Of a DNA stretch of 64,000 bases, positions 1-12,010 are shown piece by piece (position 1 is the stretch's first letter; the number at the start of each line of letters is the position of its first letter). The stretch is from contig NC_043024.1 of the NCBI RefSeq assembly GCF_006345805.1, forward strand, positions 9,796,001-9,860,000. Direction: 5' to 3'. The DNA is from Octopus sinensis (lineage: Eukaryota). The position numbers and the translations under genes are program-made. The notes below the pieces were generated by a model, which did not search any database, was not told the DNA's origin, and saw nothing but the letters and a program-made list of their open reading frames with translations.

Positions 1-185
1 ATACCGGAGTAAACACATAAATGTGAAACAAGGTGGAAAAGAGAGTACTCAAATACCAGTGGTAGAGTAATAGACTGGATAGAATTGACATATCGGTTCC
101 ATTCTAGCAAAAACTGTCCGATGAACGGCAACGGGAATCTCAGAGTAACAGGTTTTGTTGAATTTTTTGCTGCTTTAAATAAAGT

Positions 186-236
<51 letters not shown>

Positions 237-430
237 TTTATACCGGAGTAACACATAAATGTGAAACAAGGTGGAAAAGAGAGTACTCAAATACCAGTGG
301 TAGAGTAATAGACTGGATAGAATTGACATATCGGTTCCATTCTAGCAAAAACTGTCCGATGAACGGCAACGGGAATCTCAGAGTAACAGGTTTTGTTGAA
401 TTTTTTGCTGCTTTAAATAAAGTATATATA
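1..430. mobile_element. Tandem pair of Penelope-like short elements with degenerate hammerhead motif
   Basis: Unit of about 200 nt repeated at an offset of about 238, separated by (TA)n; hammerhead-like segments at 114-151 and 352-389. Confidence 0.6.
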
Positions 431-480
431 TATATATATATATAATGTACTGACCAGTGATAGGAAATTCAACAAAAAAA

Positions 481-762
481 GTACTCCATCTCAACATAGT
501 CACCGTTTCTCTCAATAGCAATGTTCCACCTTCGAATGAGAGCATATATTCCTGCCCTGTAAAATTCTGTTGACTGCTCTTTGAGCTTGCCACTCAAACC
601 CTCTTTCATGGGGCCGAAGAGATGATAGTCTGCAGGCGCTAAATTATTCCAGTGATGAGGAAGTGAAAACTGTAGTGAAGAAGTGGCTCAAAGAACAGTC
701 AACAGAATTTTACGAGGCAGGGATACATGCTCTCATTCGAAGGTGGAACATTGCTATTGAGG
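481..762. mobile_element. Mariner transposase C-terminal remnants in inverted orientation
   Basis: + frame ...YSSDEEVKTVVKKWLKEQSTEFYEAGIHALIRRWNIAIE; the inverted copy at 481-585 ends IERNGDYVEMEY, a typical mariner C-terminus. Confidence 0.8.
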
Positions 763-1065
763 ATTCCTTGATTTTATTAAGGTTACATTGTCATTTGGAG
801 ATCCCGCTAGGGATTCAAACAAAATGTTATTCCATTCCCTAATTTTTGGATGTTTATTCGCATATACAACAACCCTTGTTGTTAAATGAGAACTTTATAA
901 TTAACTTTTTTCGGCGTATCGTACTTTGGTATGGGAAAAGTTCGTAACCTTCTGCGCCAGTAAACTTCTGCTGTTCCTGAAAGTTGTTTTTTAAATCTTC
1001 TGTAGATTGCTTGAAGCTTACTAACTTCCTACAGCTTGATCCTTGGATCTTACCTTTACACACAC

Positions 1066-1170
1066 ATATAAAGAACCAGCTTCATTTTGATGTATGATAC
1101 ATGTTCCTGTGTTGGTAATTATACCTGTCTTAAACAAAATGGCATTACTTTATGACTCACTTTCGTATAT
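1066..1170 (-). mobile_element. Mariner-like terminal sequence
   Basis: Reverse complement of the TA-CGAAGGTGAG...AAGTAATGCC end also seen at 30712-30860. Confidence 0.6.
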
Positions 1171-1427
1171 AACTATTTATTAGATTTAGTAAAGCCCTTG
1201 GATTAACTCCGAAGTTAATTCTTCCTTCCATATGGCTTTTGTTGCAACTAACACTACCTGGACCATTTGTGGTGGCTTCGGTTTTATTAACCCTCGAGAT
1301 GTTCTGAGGACACTTAGAGGACGTTTAGTGCTTGTAGTATTTAGATTGCTGCCCTCAGTGACATCTGGTGAGCAATATGAACCAGAAACCCTCAAACATG
1401 GATCTCGACTCTTCTGTTATCTCACAG

Positions 1428-1538
1428 ATTATTCAAAAGGATTCGGCGGTAAATTTGGTTTGCAAAAAGATCGCCAGGATACGAGCGCAGTTGGATATGA
1501 ATATGAAGGCAAAGTCGAAAAACATCAGTCGCAGACAG
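1428..1538 (+). CDS. CTTN: Cortactin exon, one 37-aa cortactin/HS1 repeat (repeat exon A)
   Basis: ctcacag acceptor, G|GTAATG donor, 111 nt, phase 1-1; [37 protein letters not shown] matches the HS1/cortactin repeat consensus. Confidence 0.93.
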
Positions 1539-2384
1539 GTAATGAGAATGCCAGAGTGTGTCTAATTACAAACAGGTAATGAGTGTGAACTTTGAAGCAT
1601 TTGAAACCATCTAGGTAAGATAAGTGATGGGTCTTTTGTCATTTGTCAAGGTGGAATAATGACTTATAAAATCTTATATAAATAGTCACAAAATGTGACT
1701 GTGTCACTTCTATACAATAAAAATTCCTGGGGTTTAACTGTTGGATTATGTGTGTGTGTGTGTGTATGCTATATATATATATATATATATATACTTTTAT
1801 ATATATATATACTTTTTATCTTATACTAAATTTTTAATACTTTTTGATAGCTATATATATTTAAGTATATATATATATATAAATATAAAAATTCATAAAT
1901 ATAAATTAATAATTTTAATTTTTAAATTTTATATTTTATATATTTTGTATATTATATTAATTATTTTTCTTTTTATGTTTTGGTTTATGTTTTCCATTGT
2001 TTGATTTGCCTTGCCCAAACTTGTGCCTTGGAGGGTAACTTTCAAGGTGCAATCCCATGGTCATTTATAGCCGAAGGGGTCTCCTCCTCCTCCTCAGTTG
2101 TTGCTATAATCATCGAGAGAGTAGCACATGCCATTAAAGTGGCACTGGGGTGCAAATATACGAAGCCCAGTATACCCATCACGACTACCCGTCTGATAAG
2201 GGTACACCAGGCACGTGCATCACAACCACATGTGCATGACATGGTGACCTCATATCAAGATAAACAGCACATGACCCCTTGCAGGTGGGGCCCACTTAGA
2301 ATTTCCTTCCAGTAACTTTCTAGGTGCAATCTTCCGAAGAGGATCTTTTACTCTTTACCCTATGCTGTGCTTCTCTCAAAATCT

Positions 2385-2999
2385 GTGGTTTTTATGCCAA
2401 TCCGAGCGTGGCCGTCTGCCAGCCTCGTCTGGCACCTGTGTCGGTGGCACATAAAAAACACCATCCGAGCGTGGCCGTCCGCCAGCCTCGTCTGGCACCT
2501 GTGTCGGTGGCATAAAAAAACACCATCCGAGCGTGGCCGTCTGCCAGCCTCGTCTGGCACCTGTGTCGGTGGCACATAAAAAACACCATCCGAGCGTGGC
2601 CGTCTGCCAGCCTCGTCTGGCACCTGTGTCGGTGGCACATAAAAAACACCATCGAGCGTGGCCGTCCGCCAGCCTCATCTGGCACCTGTGTCGGTGGCAC
2701 ATAAAAAACACCATCCGAGCGTGGCGTCCGCCAGCCTCGTCTGGCACCTGTGTCGGTGGCACATAAAAAACACCATCCGCGTGGCCGTCTGCCAGCCTCG
2801 TCTGGCACCTGTGTCGGTGGCACATAAAATCACCCACTACACTCTCGGAGTGGTTGGCGTTAGGAAGGGCATCCAGCTGTAGAAACACTGCCACATCTGA
2901 CTGGCCTGGTGCAGCCTTCGGGCTTCCCAGACCCCAGTTGAACCGTCCAACCCATGCTAGCATGGAAAGCGGACGTTAAACGATGATGATGATGATGAT
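2385..2999 (+). mobile_element. SINE-like retroposon with internal 63-bp VNTR (about 7 units) and (GAT)n tail
   Basis: Tandem ccgagcgtggccgtctgccagcctcgtctggcacctgtgtcggtggcacataaaaaacaccat units, then ...ggcgttaggaagggcatccagctgtagaaac...cgttaaacgatgatgat. Confidence 0.8.
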
Positions 3000-3354
3000 G
3001 TTTGGGGACCTGCAAATTGCTTGCGTGTGCAAGTGCTTCTAGTTAAAAGCTCCACATACCAGATGGCAGAGTAGGGTTCAAGGTTCCATCAGGAGAGATT
3101 GTGCACCATCTCAGAGCCTTCCTCTTAATGGCTTTACAGTGCACTTACCCCATTCACTGATATGAGGGCCCTACGTACTAGTATTAGATCCTATGTCCTT
3201 CATCTCTGGATCATCAGCACCCTTTAAATCGTGGAGTGTTGCAGGTCTGACTTGCCATATAGGTAAACAAGTACCTCAAACCTAGGCATCATTTCTCTAA
3301 CCAGATTCAATTGTCTTTTTTCAGCCATAACGAATATCATATGTAATTAACACT

Positions 3355-3547
3355 CTTTTACTCTTTTACTTGTTTTAGTCATATGACTGCGGAGCACCGC
3401 CTTTTTAATCGAGCAACTTGGCCCCGAGACTTATTCTTCTGTAAGCCCAGTACTTATTCTATCGGTCTCTTTTGCCGAACCGCTAAGTAACGGGGTCGTA
3501 AACACACCAGCATCAGTTGTCAAGCAATGCTAGGGGGACAAACACAG

Positions 3548-3578
<31 letters not shown>

Positions 3579-3745
3579 CATATCTACGACAGGCTTCTTT
3601 CAGTTTCCGTCTCCCAAATCCACTCATAAGGCATTGGTCGGCCTGAGGCTATAGCAGAAGACACTTGCCCAAGGTGCCACGCAGTGGGACTGAACCCGGA
3701 ACCATGTGGTTGGTAAACAAGCTACTTACCACACAGCCACTCCTA
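3355..3745 (-). mobile_element. tRNA-derived SINE, dominant family with internal (TA/TG)n
   Basis: Head ggagtggctgtgtggtaag...ggttcagtccc (A/B-box-like), tail gactgaaacaagtaaaagag; more than 12 copies in the window. Confidence 0.85.
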
Positions 3746-3851
3746 TGCCTATGCATCATTTCTCTAACCAGATTCAATTGTCTTTTTTCAGTCATAACGA
3801 ATATCATATGTAATTAACACTATATTTTTAATTAACATGATTTGCTTACAG

Positions 3852-3962
3852 ATTATTCTCAAGGATTTGGTGGGAAATTTGGCGTTCAGTCTGAGAGTAT
3901 GGACAAATCTGCTGTTGGATGGGATCACCAGGCGAATTTAGAGAAACACGAGTCACAGAAAG
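3852..3962 (+). CDS. CTTN: Cortactin exon, one 37-aa repeat (repeat exon B)
   Basis: ttacag acceptor, G|GTATGT donor, 111 nt; [37 protein letters not shown]. Missed by the ORF track in this frame. Confidence 0.95.
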
Positions 3963-4438
3963 GTATGTAATGGTTCTCAGCCCCCAGATGGTGTTATTTA
4001 GACCTGGGTTTTTTCCTATTTTGATTACCTTTGATTTTGAGCTCTGCTATCATCACCAATTCTTTATTTTTTTAATATTGTCTAATGAGTACGAGGGAGA
4101 CTGAACTGTTATACACACACATACATCTTTTACTTTCTCTTTCACTTTAAAACAAAAGTAAATAAATAAAATATTTTTACGGAAATTAACGAACTCTGGA
4201 TAACAGTTCTGAGAGTCAAAGCGAAAGATCGCCATTCTCTTGAAAATAATTTTACGAAAACATTAAAATATTGTCTGTTTAAAGAAAGCTAAAATATAAA
4301 TATTTACTGTACAAACAACTTACATTTTTGAAATCACATTTACTTAAAAATATTTCTAAATGATTAAAATATTGTATATGTCAAAAATTCATCGATTTTT
4401 TTCTTCTTAGAGAGTGCGAAGACTATGTGTGTGTATAT

Positions 4439-5085
4439 GTCACAGATAGTGGACGTGTGTTTCTATGGACTGACTAGCCATGACATTCATTATATGTGTG
4501 TGTGTATATGTCACAGATAGTGGACATGTGTTTCTATGGACTGACTAGCCATGACATTCATTATATGTGTGTGTGTGTATGTCACAGATAGTGGACGTGT
4601 GTTTCTATGGACTGACTAGCCATGACATTCATTATATGTGTGTGTGTGTATGTCACAGATAGTGGACGTGTGTTTCTATGGACTGACTAGCCATGACATT
4701 CATTATATGTGTGTGTGTGTGTATGTCACAGATAGTGGACGTGTGTTTCTATGGACTGACTAGCCATGACATTCATTATATGTGTGTGTGTATATGTCAC
4801 AGATAGTGGACGTGTGTTTCTATGGACTGACTAGCCATGACATTCATTATATGTGTGTGTGTGTGTATGTCACAGATAGTGGACGTGTGTTTCTATGGAC
4901 TGACTAGCCATGACATTCATTATATGTGTGTGTGTGTATGTCACAGATAGTGGACGTGTGTTTCTATGGACTGACTAGCCATGACATTCATTATATGTGT
5001 GTGTGTGTATATGTCACAGATAGTGGACGTGTGTTTCTATGGACTGACTAGCCATGACATTCATTATATGTGTGTGTGTGTATGT
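4439..5085. repeat. Minisatellite, about 9 copies of a 71-73 bp unit
   Basis: gtcacagatagtggacgtgtgtttctatggactgactagccatgacattcattatat plus a variable (GT)n. Confidence 0.95.
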
Positions 5086-5254
5086 CTGTTGACGCCATGG
5101 AAGCCAGATTTCTTTTTTGTCAAGAAATAAGAACAAAAATTGTGTTAATGTACACTGTATTTTATATTTATATATATATATATGATGTACTCCTTGTTAT
5201 ATTTTACGCTTATCCTCTTATCTCTTTGTCTCTCTCTCTCTTTCTCTCCGCCAG

Positions 5255-5365
5255 ATTACAGTAAAGGTTTCGGTGGGAAATTTGGTGTGCAGAAGGACAG
5301 GCAGGACAGTTCGGCTGTTGGCTGGGAGTACGAAGGAAAAGTTCAGAAACATGAGTCTCAGACAG
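5255..5365 (+). CDS. CTTN: Cortactin exon, one 37-aa repeat (repeat exon C)
   Basis: Pyrimidine tract plus ccag acceptor, G|GTAGGT donor, 111 nt; [37 protein letters not shown]. Confidence 0.95.
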
Positions 5366-6175
5366 GTAGGTCACTATCTGGAGTGGGGCTGGGGGTGGGG
5401 GGTGGCTAATGCAGTCCTCTCCCTCTTCACCCTTGCCTCTGTCAGTCTATCTGTCTCCCTCACTGCTCTCTCTCTTTGTCTCCTGTCTCTCCCCTACGTT
5501 CCTTTCCTCTCCTCCATACCCCCCACTCTCTGGACCAGGGTGGGGCTGTAGTAGCGCAGTCCAGTGTTTCTAGTGAGTTGTTCTTTCTGTAAAACATGGA
5601 AAAAGGACTAAAAACTGGCCCACCTCTGGTCGATGGGTTAATACAGTAATGAAATGAGTTATTCTCTTCTGCCCTGTTCTGGTTGTAACTCTGGCACAGA
5701 AAATAAGAGAGAGAAAAAATAGAAAGAAATCCATCTTAGAACATCTTTAAAGTGTCAGAAATGACTTGAGAAAAACTTTGGTAAAATTTAGTAGAAACAC
5801 TTTTAAATCACCAGTTCTATAATTATGGTTCTTTAACTCTTTTGATACCAATCCACTTCAAAATGCCTCTGGCTCTGTAATACAAATGCTTTGTTTTCAA
5901 AAGTTTTGAATTAAAATCTTCCACTAAACTTTAGTCACAATTTATGTTCTTAACACTAGCTTAATGATAACTAAGTTATTTTACTAAATTTCTAGAATTT
6001 TACTAAAATTCTACGAAAATAAAATTTTACTAAAATTCTGGTCAATTCGGTCAGTTAGGTGGTGAATCTCCCTCTGGACAATCAACAGAGAAATTGCTAA
6101 CATGAAGTGACATTGGAAAATCGGTCAATAAAAAAAAATTAAAAATGGGAAATAACTAAAATGAACAATTTCCAA

Positions 6176-6396
6176 CCCTTTTGATACCAACCCACTTAAG
6201 ACACCCTCTAGCTCTGTAGTACAAATGTCTTGTTTTCATAAGTTTTGAATTAAAATCTTCCACCAAACCTTAGTCACAATTTATGTTCCTAACACTAGCT
6301 GAATGATATTAAGTTATTTCATTAAATTCTTTGTTATATTTAAAATTAATTGAAAGAAACACAGAGCGTCTCATCAGAAATATGGTAACAAAAGGG
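6176..6396 (+). mobile_element. piggyBac-type MITE (partial second copy at 5837-6005)
   Basis: CCCTTT...AAAGGG ends; same family as 24323-24544. Confidence 0.75.
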
Positions 6397-6557
6397 CTAA
6401 CCCATTAGCATTTAAACCAGCCATATTAGCTCCAATACCTTATCTGTTTTGTGTTCAAACCAGCCAGATTTGGCCTCTCACACCTATCCTACAATGTCAT
6501 TTTAAAATAAACAGCCACATCATTGAAATCTCTAAGTTAGAAGAAAATACGTTTAAT

Positions 6558-6915
6558 ATCCGCTTTCCATGCTAGCATGGGTTGGACGATTTTGACTGAG
6601 GGCTGGCAAACCAGATGGCTGCACCAGGCTCCAATCTTGATCTGGCAGAGTTTCTACAGCTTGATGCCCTTCCTAACACCAACCATTCCGAGAGTGTAGT
6701 GGGTGCTTTTTACGTGCCACCGGTATGGGGGCCAGTCAGGCGGTACTGGCAATGACCTAGCTCGAATCTTTTTACACATGCCACCAGCACAGGTGCCAGT
6801 AAGGCAACGTTGGTAACGATCACGCTCGAATGGTGCCCTTTTACGTGCCACTGGCATGGAAGCCAGTTGGCTGCTCTGGCAACGATCATGCTCGGATGGT
6901 GCTCTTGGCACCCCA
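6558..6915 (-). mobile_element. (GAT)n-tail SINE-like element, VNTR family variant
   Basis: ccgctttccatgctagcatggg...gatgcccttcctaacaccaacc in reverse orientation. Confidence 0.75.
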
Positions 6916-8548
6916 CAAGGAATAAAGAAGCATTTCATTTGATAAACTGAATGCTAAAGGGTTAATTGCTTTTACCGTATCAGTTTCTGATGCTAGAATT
7001 TATAGAAGAAAAGTATTCTAAATCAACATTTGAAAATTCTTGATAATTAACCGTTTTATTTTTTTTTTTAACATTTGCTGTTTTGTTAAATTTATGAATT
7101 ACGTTTTTTTCGTTTTTTGTGTGTGTGTTTTTCCTGGTTTGTTCTGTGCTGAACCAAACATTGCCTGTATTAATATAGATGAAGGTTGAAGGAAACTAGT
7201 AGTGTTTGGTCTAGATTAAATCATTTAGTAAAGATCACAAATTTGGATCGGTCCCTATGGCTTGATGAGATAAGAATCTAGATGAACCCAATGAAGGAAG
7301 CTTTACATGGCTTCTTGATCTACTAGAAATAACAGCCAAATGAGCTTCAAATCATACCTTGTCATCTTAAAAAAAGGACACATTAGAAAATGTTATTCGA
7401 GGTTCGCTGTACATAATAGGCTGGATGGTTGTGGTTGGAATGCTTTTCGTAACAGGTCTACCCAATTAGGGCTGACCTTTGGTTAAACACCCAGCCGCCA
7501 ACAACACCATCAGCTACAAGAAAACTTTTGTTTTGAATAATGTCCTTCATTGGAGAGGGAACTTTTTCTTGAAATTTAAAAAAAAATTTTCTCTCCTCGA
7601 TAAAAGGCTTTTTTACCCGAAATGTTAGCACTCTTATCTCTTCATGGCATTCATACTTATCCAGATTTGTGAAATGCATGCTTTAGCTTTCAGATTTTAG
7701 AGAAGTTGTTCTTAATATTGATTCAACTAATACACACACACACACACGCACGCATATGCACAAACTGAATGTCCTGCACAAGGCAAAATACAATACCTAG
7801 CACTTTCTAACTTGAATTCTTATTCTTGATTTTGACTTCCATCATTTTGGGAACTGGGATACATAAAGGACTTTCCCTAATAGAATTGTTTGAGTTTTTG
7901 ACCTCCTGCCCTAAAATTGACTTCAGCTGACAAAATTGTTAGCATTTTGTCCATCTTTACATTCTGGGTTCAAATTCCACTGAGGTCAAATTCCACGTTT
8001 CATCCTTTTGGGGTTGATAAGAACAAGCCAAGCACTGGTGTCTATGTAATCAACTCCCACCCCCAAAATTTCATTCTTTGTGCCTCTAGCAGAAAGAATT
8101 ATTCTTTTCTACTCTAGGCACAAGGCCCAAAATTTTTTTGGGGGGGGACATGTCAATTAGATTGACCCCAGTACGCAACAGGTACTTAATTTTTCAACCC
8201 CTGGAATGATGAAAGGTAAAGTTGACCTCGGCAGAATTTGAACTCAGAACGTAAAGACAGATGAAATACCTCTGGCAGCAGCCACGATCGGTTGGTGCTT
8301 TTTACATGCCACCGGTACGGAAGCCAGTCAAGGTGGCGCTGGCATCGGCCATGTTCAGATGGTGCTTTTTATGTGCCACTGGCACAGGTATCACAACTAC
8401 TATTTCCATTTGATTTTTATTTTGATGTTGATGTACTTGACTCAATAGGTTTCCTCAAGCACAGCAGGTCGCCCTATGATCCAAGGTAAGCACAGCAGGT
8501 CGTTCTGCAATCCACCTGCTGTGCTTATATTTAAATATAGACCTCATA

Positions 8549-8942
8549 TCTATATATATAAAGCTGAAGTTGACTGTGTATCGCAGGTTTGGTAGCCTTC
8601 AACTAACACTATCTCCTCCGAGACCCTGCAGCGCAAGTTGACCAAAATTGAGAGTATGATAGAAGGTTTGCTCTTCCTTCTGTAGAAGATAAAATTCAAA
8701 TCGGACCATGTTAAGACCAAAAATTATTTACATCAAAAAGGTGCTTTTTTTCTATGAAAATCCCTATTTTTTACGATTTTTTGACTACTGTGTCGCCATT
8801 TTTCGGTGTATTTCAACCAGAAAAAATGTTCACTCAAAGAGAATAATAAGCTACATAATGCAAAATTTTTACTTTTCAAAAATTCCAATTCTAAAGGGTC
8901 GAAAAGAAAACAAACCCGAGCAATGCCGGGCGATACTGCTAG
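8549..8942 (+). mobile_element. Non-autonomous Helitron
   Basis: A|TC start, CTAG|T end, subterminal hairpin cccgagcaatgccggg, no TSD. Confidence 0.85.
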
Positions 8943-9649
8943 TTTAAATATAAACCTTCCAAGAGGAATTTCCTGCAGGAACTTTCCATTTATATTCTTT
9001 TAAACACCACCTCATTTCATCCAAATTGCTGATTATTTTCAAAATTAATTCAGACATATATGAAGAAGGCATTTCATTAATAACTAAGGTTAGAAAATGG
9101 TTAAAGATTTTCTGCCAGTCTTTGAGTTTTTTTGTTTTATTCCTATTCACTGCTTTCATTTTTATCACTCGTGTGTGGCTTATCTTTTTGGTTGGTTCCT
9201 TGTTGTATTGCTTTTTATGTAATTAATGTAAAACTAATAACTTAATCAATATAAAATAAACATTTTAACACTATCAAAGTATTGAATATTAAACCAATGT
9301 AAAAAAAAATATATAGCTAATTAAATCATGTATTATCTCTATAAATTGTAGATTTTTAATTAAATAAAAACATACATTGTTAACCTAAATTAAAGTTCAT
9401 ATTTAGCCGATACAGATATTGATAAATAATCAAAGTTTGAAAAGTTGTTTATTTATTTAATCCAAGTAAAAATATATGTAAAGATAATTATTTAACCTGT
9501 TTAAATACATTTTTAACTAATGTAAAAGTAGAAAGATAATTAACCATTATTTACATTATTTACATTTGACGGATATTTGTCCTCATCTTGTTTGTTGTTA
9601 ACGTTTCGGCTGTTAACGTTTCGGTTGTTAACGTGTTGCACTCATGATC

Positions 9650-9850
9650 TTAAGGTTGTGGTTTCGATTCCTGGACCGGGCGATGTGATGTGTTCTTGAG
9701 CATAACACTTCATTTTCACATTGCTCCAGTCCACTCAGCTGGCAAAAATGAGTAACGCTGCGATGGACTGACGTCCCATCCAGGTGGGGGAATTTCTACA
9801 CCACTGAAACCGAGAAACCGGCCCTTATGAGCCTGGCATGGCTTGAGAAG
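9650..9850 (+). mobile_element. tRNA/CORE-type SINE fragment
   Basis: B-box ggtttcgattcc, CORE-like ttgagc...acattgctccagtccactcagctg, then gatggactgacgtcccatccagg. Confidence 0.6.
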
Positions 9851-9984
9851 GAACATTTATTTTTATCTATACATAATTCTTGTCTGGATAGAATTAGGGG
9901 CCTACATTTCTAAACTAAAGGGATCAACACCCCTATCCATAAAGCCACTGAAACATCTGTACCCCCCCCCCCTACACACACAGT

Positions 9985-10585
9985 ATATATCCTTTACTTG
10001 CTTTCTATTCACCTCTTTGATGTGGTCCCTTCCAGGGGTTCAGTGCTTCTGTATCCTACCTCGATGGGACCCCACCTTAATTGTCCCCTATCCCCACGTG
10101 ATGGTTTTGGCATTGCTCCACCAGCTCAGCATAAATCCTTCACTTGCTTTCTACTCACCTCTTTGATGTGGTCCCTTCCAGGGGTTCAGTGCTTCTGCAT
10201 CCTACCTCGATGGGACCCCACCCTGATTTTCCCCTATCCCCATCTGATGGTTTTAGCATTGCTCCACCAGCTCAGCATATATCCTTCACTTGCTTTCTGT
10301 TCACCTCTTTGATGTGGTCCCTTCCAGGGGTTCAGTGCTTCTGCGCCCTACCTCAATGGGACCTCACCTTAATTGTCCCCTATCCCCATCTGATGGTTTT
10401 AGCATTGCTCCACCAGCTCAGCATAAATCCTTCACTTGCATTCTACTCACCTCTTTGATGTGGTCCCTTCCAGGGGTTCAGTGCTTCTGCATCCTGCCTC
10501 GATGGGACCCCACCTTGATTGTCCCCTATCCCCATCTGATGGATTTGGCACTGCTCCACCAGCTCAGCATATATCCTTCACTTAC
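9985..10585. repeat. 146-bp tandem repeat, 4 copies
   Basis: atccttcacttgc recurs at about 9989, 10135, 10281, 10427 and 10573. Confidence 0.95.
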
Positions 10586-10944
10586 CCTCATTTATCCCCT
10601 CAATATGGTCCTCCCAGAGAAGGGAGAATTCTGACAGAACCATCTGATTGGCGGGTTCTGAGATTAACGCCATAGCCTAAAACAATTACGGAAAGCATAG
10701 CACATATTACCAAGTCCTACTTGTTCATGGGTGATGGCTATGGTTGGCTTGGTTTTTCACACTTTGCTAATTCTATAGTAACTCACATAATTCAAACTGC
10801 TCTGCCTTAAACACAGAGGGACACAGTGACGGATTTAGACAATTGAGTCCTATAGACACCTTCCAACCATGATCATCTCATCGTTTGAGGCATATATAGG
10901 ACTCTTTTGTCCGTGTTCATCTGGCAAATTTTCCTATACAGGCG

Positions 10945-11497
10945 CAGAAGTGGCTGTGTGGTAAGTAGCTTGCTAACCAACCACATGGTTCCAGGTTCAG
11001 TCCCACTATAGCCTCAGGCCGACCAAAGCCTTGTGAGTGGACTTGGTAGACGGAAACTGAAAGAAGCCCGTTGTATATATGTATATATATATATATACAT
11101 GTAGGAGTGGCTGTGTGGTAAGAAGCTTGCTAACCAACCACATGGTTCCGGGTTCAGTCCCAACTGCGTGGCATCTTGGGCAAGTGTCTTCTACTATAGC
11201 CTCGGGCTGACCAAAGCCTTGTGAGTGGATTTGGTAGATGGAAACTGAAGGAAGCCCGTCGTATATATGTATATATATGTGTATGTTTGTGTGTCTGTAT
11301 TTGTCCCCCTAGCATTGCTCGACAGCCGATGCTGTTGTGTTTATGTCCCCATCACTTAGCGGTTCGGCAAAAGAGACCGATAGAATAAGTACTGGGCTTA
11401 TGAAAGAATAAGCCCCGGGGTCGAGTTGCTCGACTAAAAGGCAGTGCTCCAGCATGGCCGCAGTCAAATGACTGAAACAAGTAAAAGAGTAAAAGAG
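10945..11497 (+). mobile_element. Dominant tRNA-SINE with duplicated head
   Basis: Truncated head at 10945-11100 followed by a full copy at 11103-11497. Confidence 0.85.
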
Positions 11498-11899
11498 TAT
11501 ACCATTATGTTAAAAGAATCGTTAAGACGTTAAGATTGCAATCTTTCAACTTATTAACCTCGTTCTTGTAGAGACAAACTGCTTTTTAATATTTCTTTAT
11601 TATAATATGTTTTGATTGGTTTCATCTTTGATCCCTGCTTGTGAGTAACTCCCAGAAAAGGAATATGGTAAAGTTTTAAAGTAAGTCAGTTCTTCTAATA
11701 CGTGTGGCCTTGTTTGCAACTAACTCTGCCTGGACCGTTTGCGGTGGCTTCAGTTTTATTAACCCTCGAGATGTTCTGAGGACACTTAGAGGACATTTAG
11801 TGCTTGTAGTATTTAGATTGCGGCCCTCAGTGACATCTGGTGAGCGATATGAACCAGAAACCCTCAAACATGGATCTCGACTCTTCTGTCATCTCACAG

Positions 11900-12010
11900 A
11901 TTATTCAAAAGGATTCGGCGGTAAATTTGGTTTGCAAAAAGATCGCCAGGATACGAGCGCTGTTGGATATGAATATGAAGGCAAAGTCGAAAAACATCAG
12001 TCGCAGACAG
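11900..12010 (+). CDS. CTTN: Cortactin exon, 37-aa repeat, near-identical duplicate of exon A (A')
   Basis: Same splice sites as 1428-1538; 110/111 nt identical, with one synonymous GCA/GCT change. Confidence 0.88.

Noticed and set aside
1232-1427. Open frame running through the intron into exon A, also open in the A' copy (11704-11899)
   Set aside because: Nearly all differences between the two copies change the amino acid, so there is no coding constraint; a canonical acceptor sits at 1426-1427.
2400-2830. CRISPR-like appearance of regular repeats (also 4439-5085)
   Set aside because: Contiguous tandem units without unique spacers, no cas genes, eukaryotic intronic context.
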